A stretch of DNA of 64,000 nucleotides, taken from positions 15,252,001 to 15,316,000 of the forward strand of contig OX597828.1 of NCBI GenBank assembly GCA_951406725.2, in the 5' to 3' direction. This document shows, one piece after another, positions 62,979 to 64,000 of the stretch. The DNA comes from Octopus vulgaris. Lineage: Eukaryota. Position numbers and translations under genes: made by a program. Numbering within the stretch: position 1 is the stretch's first letter; each line of letters begins with the position of its first letter. The notes under the pieces were generated by a model. The model saw nothing but the letters and a program-made list of their open reading frames with translations, had not been told where the DNA came from and searched no databases.

Positions 62979-64000
62979 CCTTATATATTATATATTAATA
63001 TATTTTATATCTTATATGTAAAACATGATATGTTATACATGTATGTATATTCTTGTAATTGTCAGTTTAGTAAATAAATGAAGAAGTTAACTTAATATAA
63101 TGTCTAAAAGTTGATGAACCACCTATTGATCCCCTCCATTTTCTTATTACTATATATATATATATATTTCTTTACTACCCACAAGGGGCTAAACACAGAG
63201 GAGACAAACAAGGACAGACAAACGGATTAAGTCGATTACATCGACCCCAGTGTGTAACTGGTACTTAATTTATCGACCCTGGAAGGATGAAAGGCAAAGT
63301 CGACCTCGGCGGAATTTGAACTCGGAACGTAACGGCAGACGAAATACAGCAACGCATTTCGCCCGGCGTGCTAACGTTTCTGCCAGCTCCTCTTCTTGAT
63401 ATAAATTGGAGTGATGTTTCTCTGTCCATTACATTTTTATGTTTGTTAACTCCTCCTAAACCGTTGGTGCAAGTGCAGTGAAACTCAAGCCAGCAACTCT
63501 CCTAATCCCAGGGAATGTCCTAAGTAGGTTTATATTTTAAGGGCCACCTAATTGGAGCTCCACTGACCCCCTATTTTCATTGCATTTTAAACTAAATACA
63601 TGGCATTGGTGACCAAATCGGAGCAATGACAATGAATTTCATACCATGAACCCTCAGGGAGCATCATAAGGCGGTTCAATTTCTGAAGGGCCACTTAAAT
63701 GGGGACCCATTGACCCCACTATTTTTACTGCATTTATTTCACTCCTATGCTTATTGACTAAACTATGATCAACATCAATGCTTAGCACATTTGCAGAAAC
63801 AAGTTTCATTAAACAAAGGAAGAGGGTCACAAAGTGGCCCAATATTGAGGCTGCATGCCCCAAAGCTACCCTCTGCAGGAACTAGCGTGAATGCTGCCCA
63901 ACGGGTAGCTTCGAGGATAGTATATATATATATATATATATATCATCACCATCATCATCATTTAATGTCCGCTTTCCATGCTAGCATGGGTTGGATGATT

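Overview
This is AT-rich, repeat-dense eukaryotic genomic DNA. The SINE/LINE families and microsatellite load resemble an Octopus (coleoid cephalopod) genome; this is inferred from repeat style and not proven. One protein-coding gene is supported: the 5' part of an anoctamin/TMEM16-family gene on the minus strand. I assembled 8 GT-AG exons by hand (42426-42470, 38384-38536, 37602-37697, 36747-36788, 21716-21721, 9768-9922, 5343-5461, 3592-3647). They splice in phase into 672 nt (224 codons) encoding the cytosolic N-terminal region, with the motifs LYFEDGVRRIDYII, FMKIHAPFKVLCRYAE, PFSRDK, RTRIVDYILRR and SAFPLHE. The gene continues beyond the left edge. The rest of the window is intron or upstream DNA filled with tRNA-derived SINEs, CR1/L2-, RTE-, RLE- and Penelope-type retroelement relics, a mariner, several MITEs and microsatellites. 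Almost all ORFs in the supplied track are repeat artefacts. The most interesting signals are a 6-nt frame-preserving microexon with a UGC motif, Penelope-type hammerhead-ribozyme motifs inside fold-back palindromes, a decayed partial copy of a coding exon, and a polymerase template-switch scar. I cannot claim a wholly new biological system; the findings are testable hypotheses. Exon coordinates were counted base by base; most repeat boundaries are approximate.
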